A program made the position numbers and the translations under genes. This document shows positions 1 through 10,178 of a DNA stretch of 32,000 bases, in pieces. Positions within the stretch are counted from its first letter, which is position 1. The number at the start of each line of letters is the position of its first letter. The stretch is from positions 210,001 through 242,000 of the forward strand of contig ACYB01000035.1 of assembly GCA_000175855.1 (NCBI GenBank). Direction: 5' to 3'. Source of the stretch: Raphidiopsis brookii D9. GTDB lineage: Bacteria > Cyanobacteriota > Cyanobacteriia > Cyanobacteriales > Nostocaceae. The notes under the pieces are model-generated. The model had not been told where the DNA came from, searched no databases, and saw only the letters and a program-made list of their open reading frames with translations.

Positions 1-245
1 ACAGCAGTTAATAACTCCTGTGGCCAGGCTATGGAAATATGACCAAAACTGGCCGCAGGATTTGCAGGGGGGTTGGCAATCATGGCCTGCAGTTTCTTGA
101 TATGGTCAGAACTGGGGCGATGATAAATTTTGGCGACTAAATTTTCATCGCTTGAAACCGTATAAATGAAGGCTTCACCCCCGCGTCCCAAATTTTCCCG
201 TAAATCCAGAACCTCTTGATTGGAAAAATAACGTAGTACCCGCAT
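1..245 (-). CDS. Ser/Thr protein kinase, N-terminal fragment (gene continues past the left window edge)
   Basis: I translated the reverse strand from the ATG at 245-243: MRVLRYFSNQEVLDLRENLGRGGEAFIYTVSSDENLVAKIYHRPSSDHIKKLQAMIANPP... It has a glycine loop (GRGGEA) and a VAKIY lysine motif, matching kinase subdomains I-II. It lies 42 nt downstream of the PP2C gene on the same strand. It is absent from the ORF track because it is open at the edge. Confidence 0.7.
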   Translation of the reverse strand, partial: MRVLRYFSNQEVLDLRENLGRGGEAFIYTVSSDENLVAKIYHRPSSDHIKKLQAMIANPPANPAASFGHISIAWPQELLTA

Positions 246-287
246 AATTCAATGGTGATTAATAAACTCTATAAAACAAACCTTTTA

Positions 288-1067
288 TCAGCTACTAAAT
301 GCTGCTAGTATCAATGTTAAATCATCATCTGTACGTTCAATTATTTTTCTAGAAGATAAAAAACTTGTTAACTGTTCTTGTGCTAGTTTATAGTCTTCAA
401 TCTTGGTAACAAAATCAAACAAAGGTAAAAAGAAGGGTTGATGTGGTTGCTGAACTAGCATATTTAGAGCTAACATTTGTAGACCATCTGTAAGCACTCC
501 AATATTAACTATGTTATGACGCAAAATTTGTATCTGAGTTGTAGTCACCGCTTCGGATGAAGTCAAAAATATGGTTTCATTGACATATTCGCCTCTGTGA
601 GGAGTAGTCAGAGCTTGCAGTTTACCCGTGCTATCCCTAGTCACAGCCAAACCATCACCTATTTGTGCTACAGCTGCAAGTTTTGGGGTAGCAAGTACAA
701 TAATTAAAGTAGTTGCTAGGTCAGATAGCTCATATTTGCTCACCTCAGCTTCCTTTTCCAAAGCCGTTTTGGCATTGATTATGGCATTGTGCAGCATCTC
801 TCTTAATAGGGTATTATCAGCGATAATAGTGGCAATATCTTTCCGCTGGGATATATACTCTATAGCTGTTTGGGTCGCTATCACCGCTCCTGCTTTCCCT
901 AGGTTCGCACAACCTGCTCCGTCTGCAACTGCTATTAATAATACATTATTGGGCAGTATATGCCAGTAGTAAGCATCTTGACACAACTGGTTACTTTTGG
1001 TGTGGCTGGTTCCACATACGGATGCGGCTGCTACTCGCCATTGAGCAACCTGTTTCGATGAGTTCAT
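288..1067 (-). CDS. PP2C-family protein phosphatase (PP2C_2 type)
   Basis: 259-aa ORF. The N-terminus WRVAAASVCGTSHTKSNQLCQDAYYW...LIAVADGAGCANLGKAGA is the typical bacterial PP2C_2 signature (GxSH, CQD, vaDGaGs). A late DG (LTDGL) is also present. Confidence 0.85.
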   Translation of the reverse strand: MNSSKQVAQWRVAAASVCGTSHTKSNQLCQDAYYWHILPNNVLLIAVADGAGCANLGKAGAVIATQTAIEYISQRKDIATIIADNTLLREMLHNAIINAKTALEKEAEVSKYELSDLATTLIIVLATPKLAAVAQIGDGLAVTRDSTGKLQALTTPHRGEYVNETIFLTSSEAVTTTQIQILRHNIVNIGVLTDGLQMLALNMLVQQPHQPFFLPLFDFVTKIEDYKLAQEQLTSFLSSRKIIERTDDDLTLILAAFSS

Positions 1068-1112
1068 AATCGCATAATTGGTAGCTGATGGCTGGCTATT
1101 GTCAATATGTAT

Positions 1113-1811
1113 TTAGATAGAACCCCAACCGATAGGTGGTAGTGCTACTTGCTCTTCTAACTGAGAATGGGATACAGCGGACATACTGGCTGAAAGCCAC
1201 ACAAACATTTCTACAAAGTTGAGACCTTTGAGTTTCAGTGGAGTTCGCACGGCTATTTCATGGAGACGATGCATATTGGCATTTTCTACCCCTACCGTAA
1301 AAAAAGCTACTTTTTTATTGAACTCGTCTCCTCGTAGACGCTGGGTTGCTTCTTCTATAACCTCATCTATCTCACCTTGGGGTTCACCATCTGTAATCAT
1401 AAATACCCATGGACGATAGTAAGCAATGCCATTGGCACGATACTGGGATTTGCGCTCCTGAATTATTTCTAGGGCTTTATTAATTCCCGCTCCCATAGTT
1501 GTTAATCCCTGAGCTGTTAGAATAGGAGGAGTAAATTGGTCTACGGTCACAAAATCTTGCACCACGCTTACATAACTATCAAAAGTAACAATTGCTACTT
1601 CTACCCTTCTGGCAGCTAGGGTATTCTTAACCAGTTCATCTTTAAAACTCAGTAGACCCTGATTTAGTGCTTCAATTCTATCACCCTGCATGGATCCAGA
1701 CGTATCTAGCAGGAGTACACAAGGACACCGAGGTTCTGGATTTTCTGCAAACTCAACCACTTCATCTAAGGTAAAGGTATTCAGCATAATTTCTTGTGTG
1801 ATGTCTTCCAA
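1113..1811 (-). CDS. von Willebrand factor A (vWA) domain protein, TerY/YegL-like
   Basis: 232-aa ORF with the MIDAS motif LLLDTSGSM, followed by GLTTMGAGI and FMITDGEP. The track start at 1811 is TTG; an in-frame ATG lies at 1787 (MLNTFTL...). It is the first gene of a three-gene minus-strand operon. Confidence 0.85.
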   Translation of the reverse strand: MEDITQEIMLNTFTLDEVVEFAENPEPRCPCVLLLDTSGSMQGDRIEALNQGLLSFKDELVKNTLAARRVEVAIVTFDSYVSVVQDFVTVDQFTPPILTAQGLTTMGAGINKALEIIQERKSQYRANGIAYYRPWVFMITDGEPQGEIDEVIEEATQRLRGDEFNKKVAFFTVGVENANMHRLHEIAVRTPLKLKGLNFVEMFVWLSASMSAVSHSQLEEQVALPPIGWGSI

Positions 1812-2187
1812 GGTTCTGATTTCCTATTCTCAAATTATATAGTGTCTAGACTGTGGGGACTACAATTATTGCATCTGGTGGTAAATAAACAGAATTTGGT
1901 CTCCCAATTATTTCCCATTTAATTCTCCAGTCCAGGAAACTTGAGCATTACCATATAGTTTGTTACTGTCTAATTAATCTAAAGGTACACAATATTATAA
2001 TATATAATGAATGACCGGCTAGAATTTAAAGGTTCTATGTTTTCTGTTCTCTATTATTATCGATTAGTTTGAAAGAAACTACCGTATCAAAAAAACTCCC
2101 TCTTGACCAATATTCTCATAATATAGTCTTGGTAGCACAGCTGCTTTAATGTCTTAAATCGCTTATTAATTTACTTAATCATTTACT

Positions 2188-3471
2188 GTGGCAAAAGTTG
2201 TATTAGAAAACGTTTACAAAACTTTCCCTCCCCGCATAGGAGAAGTTAAAATCGAAGCTAAGAGCCAAGAATCATTATCTTCCAACCAACCTGGAGATAG
2301 TATTCATGTCCTGCGTCGGATTAATTTAACTATTACTGAGGGCGAGTTTATGGTATTAGTGGGCCCGTCAGGTTGTGGAAAAAGTACCTTGCTACGTTTA
2401 ATAGCAGGATTGGAGGTGATGACAGGGGGTAACATTTGGATAGGGAATCATCTGATTAATGATTTACCTCCCAAGGCCAGAGATATTGCCATGGTATTTC
2501 AAAATTATGCTCTTTACCCCCATTTAACAGTTTATGAAAATATTGCCTTTGGTTTGCGTCGTCGTTTACCACTTAACCAAACTAGCTCTAAGGGAAGTGT
2601 CAGTTACTGGGGAGAAAATATGCTCATGGCATTGACTCAAAAACTACCCAAAGGATTACGTTATCAAACTCAAACAGAAAAAATCATAGAACAACAGGTT
2701 TTGAAAGTTGCTCAATTGCTACAAATAGACACAATGTTACATAGACTGCCTAAACAACTCTCTGGAGGACAAAGACAACGGGTAGCACTAGGTCGAGCAA
2801 TCGCTCGGGATCCACAAGTGTTTTTAATGGATGAGCCCCTCTCTAATTTAGATGCTAAATTACGAGCAGAAACTCGCGTACAAATTGTCCAGTTACAGCG
2901 ACAATTGGGAACAACCACTATTTATGTCACCCATGACCAAACGGAAGCAATGACTATGGGCGATCGCATTGCTATTATGAATATGGGACAAATTCAACAA
3001 GTTGCCCGTCCCTTAGAAATATATAATTATCCCAAAAATCGCTTTGTGGCAGAATTTATTGGTTCACCACCGATGAATTTTATTCCCGTAGAATTTTATG
3101 CACCCCTATTAATTACCCATAGCAATTTCCGCTTTACCCTACCAAATGAGTGGGGAAAAGCACTACAAAAATACAGTGGACAAACTGTAATTTTAGGGAT
3201 TCGTCCAGAGCACCTAATTTTAAGCGTACCAGCTACAAAAAATATACCGGTCAAAGTAGATCTAGTAGAAAATCTAGGAAATGATAGTTTCGTGAGTGTA
3301 AGAATAATTAATCCTGATTTACCAAAATTAGATGGTCAGATTCTACAGGTAAGAGTACCTTCGGATAGACTAATTGAAATGGGGGATCAAATTTGGCTAT
3401 CACCTATTATGGAAAAACTGCACTTTTTTGATCGAGAAACCGAACTAGCAATCTTTACCAATAACCAATAA
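2188..3471 (+). CDS. ABC transporter ATP-binding protein, MalK/UgpC/MsmX sugar-importer ATPase family (orphan, no permease nearby)
   Basis: GTG start. Walker A GPSGCGKST, Q-loop MVFQNYALYPH, signature LSGGQRQRVALGRA, Walker B VFLMDEPLSNLD, H-loop YVTHDQ, and a C-terminal MalK-type regulatory domain. Relative to E. coli MalK there are two insertions: about 25 aa before Walker A and about 35 aa after GLRRR. Confidence 0.9.
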   Translation: MAKVVLENVYKTFPPRIGEVKIEAKSQESLSSNQPGDSIHVLRRINLTITEGEFMVLVGPSGCGKSTLLRLIAGLEVMTGGNIWIGNHLINDLPPKARDIAMVFQNYALYPHLTVYENIAFGLRRRLPLNQTSSKGSVSYWGENMLMALTQKLPKGLRYQTQTEKIIEQQVLKVAQLLQIDTMLHRLPKQLSGGQRQRVALGRAIARDPQVFLMDEPLSNLDAKLRAETRVQIVQLQRQLGTTTIYVTHDQTEAMTMGDRIAIMNMGQIQQVARPLEIYNYPKNRFVAEFIGSPPMNFIPVEFYAPLLITHSNFRFTLPNEWGKALQKYSGQTVILGIRPEHLILSVPATKNIPVKVDLVENLGNDSFVSVRIINPDLPKLDGQILQVRVPSDRLIEMGDQIWLSPIMEKLHFFDRETELAIFTNNQ

Positions 3472-5868
3472 CTATTTAAAGCATGTATATATAGCCCAAA
3501 TAGCCATAGGTCGCAGGTAGGTACTAGCTCGGAAAGTACCAGCAGCAGTGATCGCCTCTGGTGTGCGGAATTGTAAACCATGGTCATAGATTTGTCTCAC
3601 CACTGCTTGGGTTAAACGCAAACCTTGATCCTTCATGCCCATTTGCAGTAAAAAAGCAGCCAAGCCAAAATTGATACCCGTCCAAACCTCCAGAGGGTGG
3701 GTAGCTTGAGGATTTTCCGGTGAACCATCCGGAAGAACACCATTAGCAGCACCAAACTTACCATCTTGGAACTTGAGGAAACAAGCATCGTAGATAGTAG
3801 TCAAAGCAGAAAGGGCCCGATCTTGTGGCACAATATCTGGTAGATTAAGCAACCTGGCATAAAACTGTCCTGACAGTTGATCAGCCATCACTACATTAGA
3901 ACCACTTTCACTATCTAAACGGTAAAATTTGCCATTCCATAGTTTTTGTTGATACACTGGTAATGATTGGTTTAACCAATTCTCATAAATAGATCTTTGC
4001 TCCCCTACATTTGACAATTCCGGGTGGTTCATCAAAACATCACAAATGGCGATCGCAGCTTCTAAAGCGGCCAACCACAAAGCACCACAATAGGCGCTAA
4101 CACCACTTAGTCGCCAATCATCAAAGGTCTGGTCGGGAGCTCCGGAATTTTCTGGTATTCCATCTGCATCTATGTCAAATTGTTTGAGATAATCTAAAGT
4201 CAGCACTATACCATACCAACAGTCGACTAGAAACTCTATATCATTACCACCGGTAAACAGGAAATCACGGTACACTTGCAGAACAAAATCACAACCCAAA
4301 TCTTTCCATAGGTTACAGTCCTGATAACTAGTATAGTTGGTTTGCTCCCATACCCATTCATTAGGTGCCCCTAAATCATGGGGTGTAGCCCCTGCTACCT
4401 TGCGTAATGCCACCGGACTGGGGGAGTTAATGGTTAAATAGTAACCAATAATTCTGGATCTATCGTCACTTTGGGGGATTGCCCGCGCAAAAGCACGAAT
4501 GACCGCCTTTTCCAATTCTGGGAATAAAATTAACAGTCCAAAGGAACCATATAATCTAACATCTAAACTCTCATACCAACGATAGTCTAAACACTCTAAA
4601 ACCGCGAATTGACCCATGGGGTCTTTTTCCGTCCCTGCACTCCATAGGGTTCCCCCACTAGTTAAGTCATATAGTTCGTTAAATAAAGCCATCTTGAACC
4701 AGCTTGGTAAATCCTCCCTTTCCAGAATTGGTTTTTGCCAACTCTCAATATGCGATCGCCAGTTATAGCATTCTTTCAGAGCACAAGTAGCAATCTGCCA
4801 AGCATTATCGCCAGTAGTGCCGAAAAAATCAGTATATCTACGATAATAGTTGACACCTGCTGCAAATTCTGTCACTGGAAAGTCCCAACTTAAGACAAAA
4901 GGAACTGTGAAAGTTTCCCCAGGTGAGATGGTAAAGCGGACTGCAACAGCAGCGCCCAAACGAGAATTTACATCTGCGGGGGTTTCGTCCTGGTAATTAG
5001 ATAGAGAGCCATTCTGACTAAAATCACGCCAAAGTTCTTCACCATTACCCACGGGATTAAATTGGCAATGATAGAATAATTCAACCTGGGGATTTTTCAC
5101 AGTAGCAATACACCAAGTACCATCACCTTCCTGAACTGGATGATTAGTAGCTCGACCCAAAACACAACCCAAATATTGGTCATTTTCTGCTAACCAGTTA
5201 TAGTTCCCCTGACTTTCACCCCACCGTGGTTGATATTCGTATACGGGAGAGCCATCATCCCTAATTTTAACTTGAGGAGATTTAAGAGCATTAGTAAACC
5301 ACCCGGTCATATTCTCCCAACTCAACATAATGCTCGCGGTAATGGGTTGATTGGTCGGGTTATGGATATTCCATAAGAAAACAGCTACAGGATAACTAGT
5401 TTCTCGGTAGTTATGGGCCCAAACCGGGGAAAATTGTTCGCAAGTGAATTGTAGGGGAAATAGGTTTTCATATACAAACCAACTGCGGGGGTAAAGTGCG
5501 TGATATGTCCCCCCATCAGTTTTTGTACCTGTTGATGAATGGACAACATTGGGATACCATTGCCAGGTTTGTAAGGTGTTATCTTCTGGTGGTTGGGTGG
5601 ATAATGCGTAAGCTTGACCAGATGTAAAAATACTGAACTGACACCCGGGAACATTTTTAAAAACATGTTCACCCCCATCAATATGCCATAAATTAAAATC
5701 TCCCCGAGAGGAACGACCAATGCAACCTGCTCCAAAACCACCTAATGGCATACCATGAAATGGCCCGTCATCTAAATTGCTGGGATAGCGAACTGTATAT
5801 GGTCTTTCCCACCCCAGACCAATAGCACGTTTCCATGTGTGGGGCGGTATTTCACTGTATTTGTTCAT
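3472..5868 (-). CDS. GH116 family beta-glucosidase (GBA2 / non-lysosomal glucosylceramidase-like)
   Basis: About 800-aa ORF. The N-terminal motif GMPLGGFGAGCIGRSSRGDFNLWHI and the C-terminal PDQTFDDWRLSGVSAYCGALWLAAL are typical of GBA2/GH116. The track start at 5877 is TTG; I use the ATG at 5868 (MNKYSE...). Confidence 0.85.
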   Translation of the reverse strand: MNKYSEIPPHTWKRAIGLGWERPYTVRYPSNLDDGPFHGMPLGGFGAGCIGRSSRGDFNLWHIDGGEHVFKNVPGCQFSIFTSGQAYALSTQPPEDNTLQTWQWYPNVVHSSTGTKTDGGTYHALYPRSWFVYENLFPLQFTCEQFSPVWAHNYRETSYPVAVFLWNIHNPTNQPITASIMLSWENMTGWFTNALKSPQVKIRDDGSPVYEYQPRWGESQGNYNWLAENDQYLGCVLGRATNHPVQEGDGTWCIATVKNPQVELFYHCQFNPVGNGEELWRDFSQNGSLSNYQDETPADVNSRLGAAVAVRFTISPGETFTVPFVLSWDFPVTEFAAGVNYYRRYTDFFGTTGDNAWQIATCALKECYNWRSHIESWQKPILEREDLPSWFKMALFNELYDLTSGGTLWSAGTEKDPMGQFAVLECLDYRWYESLDVRLYGSFGLLILFPELEKAVIRAFARAIPQSDDRSRIIGYYLTINSPSPVALRKVAGATPHDLGAPNEWVWEQTNYTSYQDCNLWKDLGCDFVLQVYRDFLFTGGNDIEFLVDCWYGIVLTLDYLKQFDIDADGIPENSGAPDQTFDDWRLSGVSAYCGALWLAALEAAIAICDVLMNHPELSNVGEQRSIYENWLNQSLPVYQQKLWNGKFYRLDSESGSNVVMADQLSGQFYARLLNLPDIVPQDRALSALTTIYDACFLKFQDGKFGAANGVLPDGSPENPQATHPLEVWTGINFGLAAFLLQMGMKDQGLRLTQAVVRQIYDHGLQFRTPEAITAAGTFRASTYLRPMAIWAIYTCFK

Positions 5869-6008
5869 AATCTTCAAAAAGTTTTCTCGATCTAATCACT
5901 AAAAACGACGTTATACAAGTTCATTATTGTAATGTGGTTAGTCACACAAAAATTCTTCTCTTTTATTTTATGTATAATAAATATGTAACAATTATTATAA
6001 TAAAACAG

Positions 6009-6761
6009 ATGTTACCTAATATGATAAAATTCACTGTGCTGACAATAATTATATTTTGCGCACTTTCTCTTAGATATTTTCTTGTATCCTGGCCCCTTTA
6101 TTGGTTGCTGTGGACTCGTCGTCCTCCTTCCTGGGAAAAACGCCGTCTTCAGGAAATTAAGGAAAACAGTCAAAATATCAAAACTGAAATCAAATGGTCT
6201 ATTGTATCCAGTCTAATTTTCTCACCAGGAGTCGCTCTGGCCATGACCATCATTAATAATGGATATACCAGAGTGTACACTAATCCTCTAGAATATAGCT
6301 ATTTATACTTGCCTATAAGCCTACTCATATATTTATTCTTACACGATACATATTTTTACTGGACCCATTTATGGTTACACAATCCTAAAATATATCGCCG
6401 CTTTCACCGAATACATCATCAATCTATAAAACCCACACCCTGGACATCCTTCTGCTTTGACCCTTTAGAAAGTATAATGCAAGCAGTGATTATTCCTATC
6501 ATGTTATTAATCATTCCTATTCATATCAGCATGTTAGTATTATTATTAATATTAATGACGGTATTTGGTGTGATTAATCACCTAGGTTATGAAGTTTATC
6601 CCCGTTCCTGGATGAAGGGTTTTTGGGCTGAACATTGGATTACACCCTCCCATCACACCCTACATCATCACAAATTCAATTGTAATTATGGTCTTTATTT
6701 TCGCTTTTGGGATAAAGTGATGGGGACGGATGTTATACAAGAGGAGAAACTACATTTTTAA
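6009..6761 (+). CDS. membrane fatty acid hydroxylase / sterol desaturase superfamily protein
   Basis: Histidine boxes HDTYFYWTHLWLH, HRIHHQS and HHTLHHHKF sit among several hydrophobic helices. The track ORF starts at GTG 5934. The ATGs at 6009 (MLPNMIKF) or 6021 are more plausible; the start is uncertain. Confidence 0.8.
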   Translation: MLPNMIKFTVLTIIIFCALSLRYFLVSWPLYWLLWTRRPPSWEKRRLQEIKENSQNIKTEIKWSIVSSLIFSPGVALAMTIINNGYTRVYTNPLEYSYLYLPISLLIYLFLHDTYFYWTHLWLHNPKIYRRFHRIHHQSIKPTPWTSFCFDPLESIMQAVIIPIMLLIIPIHISMLVLLLILMTVFGVINHLGYEVYPRSWMKGFWAEHWITPSHHTLHHHKFNCNYGLYFRFWDKVMGTDVIQEEKLHF

Positions 6762-6763
6762 GC

Positions 6764-7066
6764 CTACTTGCCACCATAGAAAAAAGCAATCTCTTTTTCC
6801 TTTAAGGGTGCAAAACCAGCTGCTACTAATTTCTCATCTAACTCCCCTTGGGGTATGTGTTTAGCACCTATGCGAACAATTCGAGAACGCATGGTGTTAG
6901 ACACCCCACTCCTTTGTCTACCCGCTTCCAGTCCCATAACGTTATTATATAGCTCTAGCTTAACAGTAGGAATGGGGGATCCATCAAAGTCAATCCCTTG
7001 CGCGATCGCTACATCTATAGCATCAGCGCCAGTGGTTGGATTTTGTGCGGTTGTTTCGGTGGTCAT
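6764..7066 (-). CDS. hypothetical soluble protein (100 aa) downstream of ppc
   Basis: Clean ATG-initiated ORF, co-directional with ppc and 109 nt downstream of it. The composition looks coding. I do not recognise the family. Confidence 0.5.
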   Translation of the reverse strand: MTTETTAQNPTTGADAIDVAIAQGIDFDGSPIPTVKLELYNNVMGLEAGRQRSGVSNTMRSRIVRIGAKHIPQGELDEKLVAAGFAPLKEKEIAFFYGGK

Positions 7067-7175
7067 GGCTATAATCTGGTTAAACTTAACAGGTATTCTA
7101 TCAGGAACAGGAGAGAATTTAACCCAACCAAACCACCAAAAAATGCCCCCGATATTGTACTAGTCCAAATCTCAA

Positions 7176-10100
7176 TCAACCAGTATTTCTCATTCCCGCT
7201 GCAATCCCATTAATAGTTAACAATGCGCCGCGTAGTAATTCCCCTTTACTGTAACGAGAATGTATTACTCCCGGCGTGCTGCTAGTCTTGTACTGTCTCA
7301 ATCGCTTGAGCAGAGAAACCTGAATGAACCCCAATGGCAATATGGTGCTATTTCGTAATTGCACTGACCGCTGTAAAGTAGGATCTTCATCTAGTAGTCT
7401 TTGATTTCCCGTGATTTTCAACGCCAATTCCCTGGTCAAATAGTATTCTCTGGCAATTTGGGTAAACACTTTCTCAAACCTTGGTCTGTCTTCCGGACTG
7501 GAAAGTTCCTGTACATAATGACGTGCCATCTCTATATCCACTTTTGCTAGGGTCATTTCCACTTTGGAAATCACCATTTTAAAGAAAGGCCACTTAATAT
7601 AGAAATAACGCATTAGTTTCAGATGTTCTTCCGGTTGTTCCTGCAAAAACTCATTTAATGCCGTACCTACACCATACCAAGAAGGCAATAAAAATCTGGT
7701 TTGTGTCCAACTAAATACCCAAGGTATAGCTCTTAAACCACCCAAATCCTTCTTACCAGATGATCGTCTCGCTGGGCGGGAACTAATTTGTAACTGACTA
7801 ATTTCTTCAATAGGTGTTACCTGGTGGAAGAAGTCAATAAAATCGGGATCATCATAAATCAAAGCTCGATAATGTTGACGAGATCTCACTGACAATTCCT
7901 CCATGATCTCATTCCATGCTTCAATGTCATCAAACCCTGTTTTCAATAAACTAGCCTGCACTACCGCGCTAGTAATTGTTTCTATATGATACAAGGCCAA
8001 GTCTAACAAAGAATATTTGGAAGCTAAAACTTCTCCCTGTTCTGTAATTTTGATCCTACCATTAATACTATGTCCAGGTTGGGCTAAAATCGCCTCGTAG
8101 GCTGGTCCACCACCACGACCTACCGATCCCCCCCGCCCATGAAAAATTCTCAGGTTTAAACCGTATTTCTCGGCAATTCTTTGCAAGGATTTTTGGGCTT
8201 TGTGGATTTCCCAATTACTACTTAAAAAACCAGAATCTTTATTACTGTCGGAATATCCTAACATCACTTCTTGCAGGTCAGGTCTAAGATCGCTATGGTC
8301 AGGTTTATAACCCCCCGCTAAGAAAGCACGGTATAGGGGAAGTTCAAATAATTCCCGCATCACACTTCTGGATCTTTGTAAGTCTTCTACAGTTTCAAAT
8401 AGGGGAACCACACGAATAGATCCAACCGCAGTAGCAGGGTCAAACAATCGAGATTCTTTAGCTAGTAGTAGTACCTCTAATACGTCACTAACTTGCCGAC
8501 ACATGCTAATAATATATGTTTGGCAGATGCTAATCCTAAATTCCTGTTGTAGCGATCGCACCACTCGGAAAGTTTCAATGACATCATTAGTTTTTTCCGA
8601 AAATGGCAATTCTGCTGGAATTAAAGGTCTTCTAGTCTGTAATTCTCCTGTCAACCAACTCACCCTTTCGCTTTCTGAGAGTTCATTATAGGTTCGGGGA
8701 AGGATTTGCAGGTATTCAAGAATTTCATTTATTGCATCAGAGTGTCTAGAAGACTCTTGACGAATATCTAATTGAGCCAGATGAAAGTCAAAAATCTCCA
8801 CCTGGCAAATCAAATTATCCAACTCGCCACAACTCAATCCGGTTTCTGTTAAGTTACGTTGAATCAGTCTTAGCTCCGCCAAAAATTCTTCCCCCGAAGC
8901 ATATTTATCACCATCCTCATTGCTGGGAGTCTCCCCACGATATAAGGACAAATTCCGATCTCTAGTATTTTCCAGTCTTCTTAACACATAGGAAAGTTTT
9001 AAGCGATAGGGTTCTTGACGATAACGCAGGGCTAAAGCATCATAAACATCACCTAATACAGATTGGTCTAACTCCAGAGACTCCAATAAATCCGGTAGTA
9101 CATCACTCCAGTGCATGGAAATGCTCAATAACTCAATCAGCTTTTTCACTGATTGAATATATCTCTCTAAAACCATTTTCCGCTGGTAACAGGCAGTTTT
9201 CCAAGTCACCTCGGGTGTCACCGATGGGTTACCATCCCGATCCGAACCTACCCAAGAACCGAAAGAACAAAAGTTCTTGCCCGGTGGTTCCAACCAAGGA
9301 AATGTTTGTTTTAAAGCATAAGCAAACCGTTTATACAATTGAGGAATACCATCAAATAGAACCTCTTGAAAGTAATGTAATGCATAGTCTACTTCATCTA
9401 GTACGGTTGGTTTAAACTGATGCAGTTCATCTGTGCGCCACCAGAGACGAATTTCTTCTAATAAGCGCTCCTTAATTTCTGCCAGCTCCCAGGTATGACC
9501 ACCAGCATGGGTTTGTAGGGTATCCAACTGCTGTAAAAGGTGTACTACCTGTCTTTGTTTATCCCGGATGGTATGACGGACAATTTCTGTGGGATGTGCT
9601 GTGAAGACTAAGCGGATATCCAGTTGAGAAATCAGTCTTTGAATCTGCTGGGGTGGAACATTTAATCTAAATAGTAGAGGGAATAAGACCCCAAAGGTTC
9701 CCTTCTGGTGAGCGGTAGCTTTATCATTCCCAGTTGGGGTGTCTGTACTTAGTTCTTTATTGATGGGTAGATCATTTTCCCTTTGATTAGTTGAATAAAT
9801 AATATTAGGCCAGCTTTCTTGCACTACAGGATCAGGTACAGAATAACGAGTTAACTGTTGCTTTTGTTCGTATTCTTGCTCAATAATGTTAATTAACTGA
9901 AAGTATAAGGCAAAAGCACGAGCAGCACGAATAGCTTCATTAATGTTTAGCTGTTCAATCAGTGCTACTGCTAAGGATGCTTGATCATGGGTGGTTTGTC
10001 CCTCCGGTGAACATAAGTCCCGCAGCTGACGCAGTAGGTCAACCATTTTTTGTCCACATTCTTGTCTGAGAACCGACTCCCATAATTCTTCTACTATGTA

Positions 10101-10178
10101 CAGACGATGATGTAAAAATAATTCAGACATAGGGTGCATATTTGCCGCTGGCAATGAAGAGTATAAAATCGAACTCAT
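7176..10178 (-). CDS. ppc: phosphoenolpyruvate carboxylase
   Basis: Motifs VFTAHPTE and [14 protein letters not shown], plus the C-terminal [10 protein letters not shown], are diagnostic. I place the start at the ATG at 10178 (MSSILYSS...). The track start at 10223 adds 15 unconserved-looking residues. Confidence 0.95.
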   Translation of the reverse strand: MSSILYSSLPAANMHPMSELFLHHRLYIVEELWESVLRQECGQKMVDLLRQLRDLCSPEGQTTHDQASLAVALIEQLNINEAIRAARAFALYFQLINIIEQEYEQKQQLTRYSVPDPVVQESWPNIIYSTNQRENDLPINKELSTDTPTGNDKATAHQKGTFGVLFPLLFRLNVPPQQIQRLISQLDIRLVFTAHPTEIVRHTIRDKQRQVVHLLQQLDTLQTHAGGHTWELAEIKERLLEEIRLWWRTDELHQFKPTVLDEVDYALHYFQEVLFDGIPQLYKRFAYALKQTFPWLEPPGKNFCSFGSWVGSDRDGNPSVTPEVTWKTACYQRKMVLERYIQSVKKLIELLSISMHWSDVLPDLLESLELDQSVLGDVYDALALRYRQEPYRLKLSYVLRRLENTRDRNLSLYRGETPSNEDGDKYASGEEFLAELRLIQRNLTETGLSCGELDNLICQVEIFDFHLAQLDIRQESSRHSDAINEILEYLQILPRTYNELSESERVSWLTGELQTRRPLIPAELPFSEKTNDVIETFRVVRSLQQEFRISICQTYIISMCRQVSDVLEVLLLAKESRLFDPATAVGSIRVVPLFETVEDLQRSRSVMRELFELPLYRAFLAGGYKPDHSDLRPDLQEVMLGYSDSNKDSGFLSSNWEIHKAQKSLQRIAEKYGLNLRIFHGRGGSVGRGGGPAYEAILAQPGHSINGRIKITEQGEVLASKYSLLDLALYHIETITSAVVQASLLKTGFDDIEAWNEIMEELSVRSRQHYRALIYDDPDFIDFFHQVTPIEEISQLQISSRPARRSSGKKDLGGLRAIPWVFSWTQTRFLLPSWYGVGTALNEFLQEQPEEHLKLMRYFYIKWPFFKMVISKVEMTLAKVDIEMARHYVQELSSPEDRPRFEKVFTQIAREYYLTRELALKITGNQRLLDEDPTLQRSVQLRNSTILPLGFIQVSLLKRLRQYKTSSTPGVIHSRYSKGELLRGALLTINGIAAGMRNTG

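Noticed and set aside
628-969. 113-aa plus-strand ORF inside the PP2C gene. The same applies to ORFs at 1219-1419, 2712-2918, 5385-5741, 8503-8691, 9215-9415, 16374-16610, 17559-17825, 23069-23281, 24955-25191, 25159-25350 and 28811-29014.
   Set aside because: All are fully nested antisense to, or out of frame with, long ORFs that carry clear family motifs. Their products look like random or shadow sequence.
6855-7213. Plus-strand ORFs 6855-7163 and 6998-7213, overlapping the 100-aa minus-strand gene and the ppc 3' end
   Set aside because: They overlap better-supported minus-strand genes. Their products are low-complexity hydrophobic sequence with no motifs.
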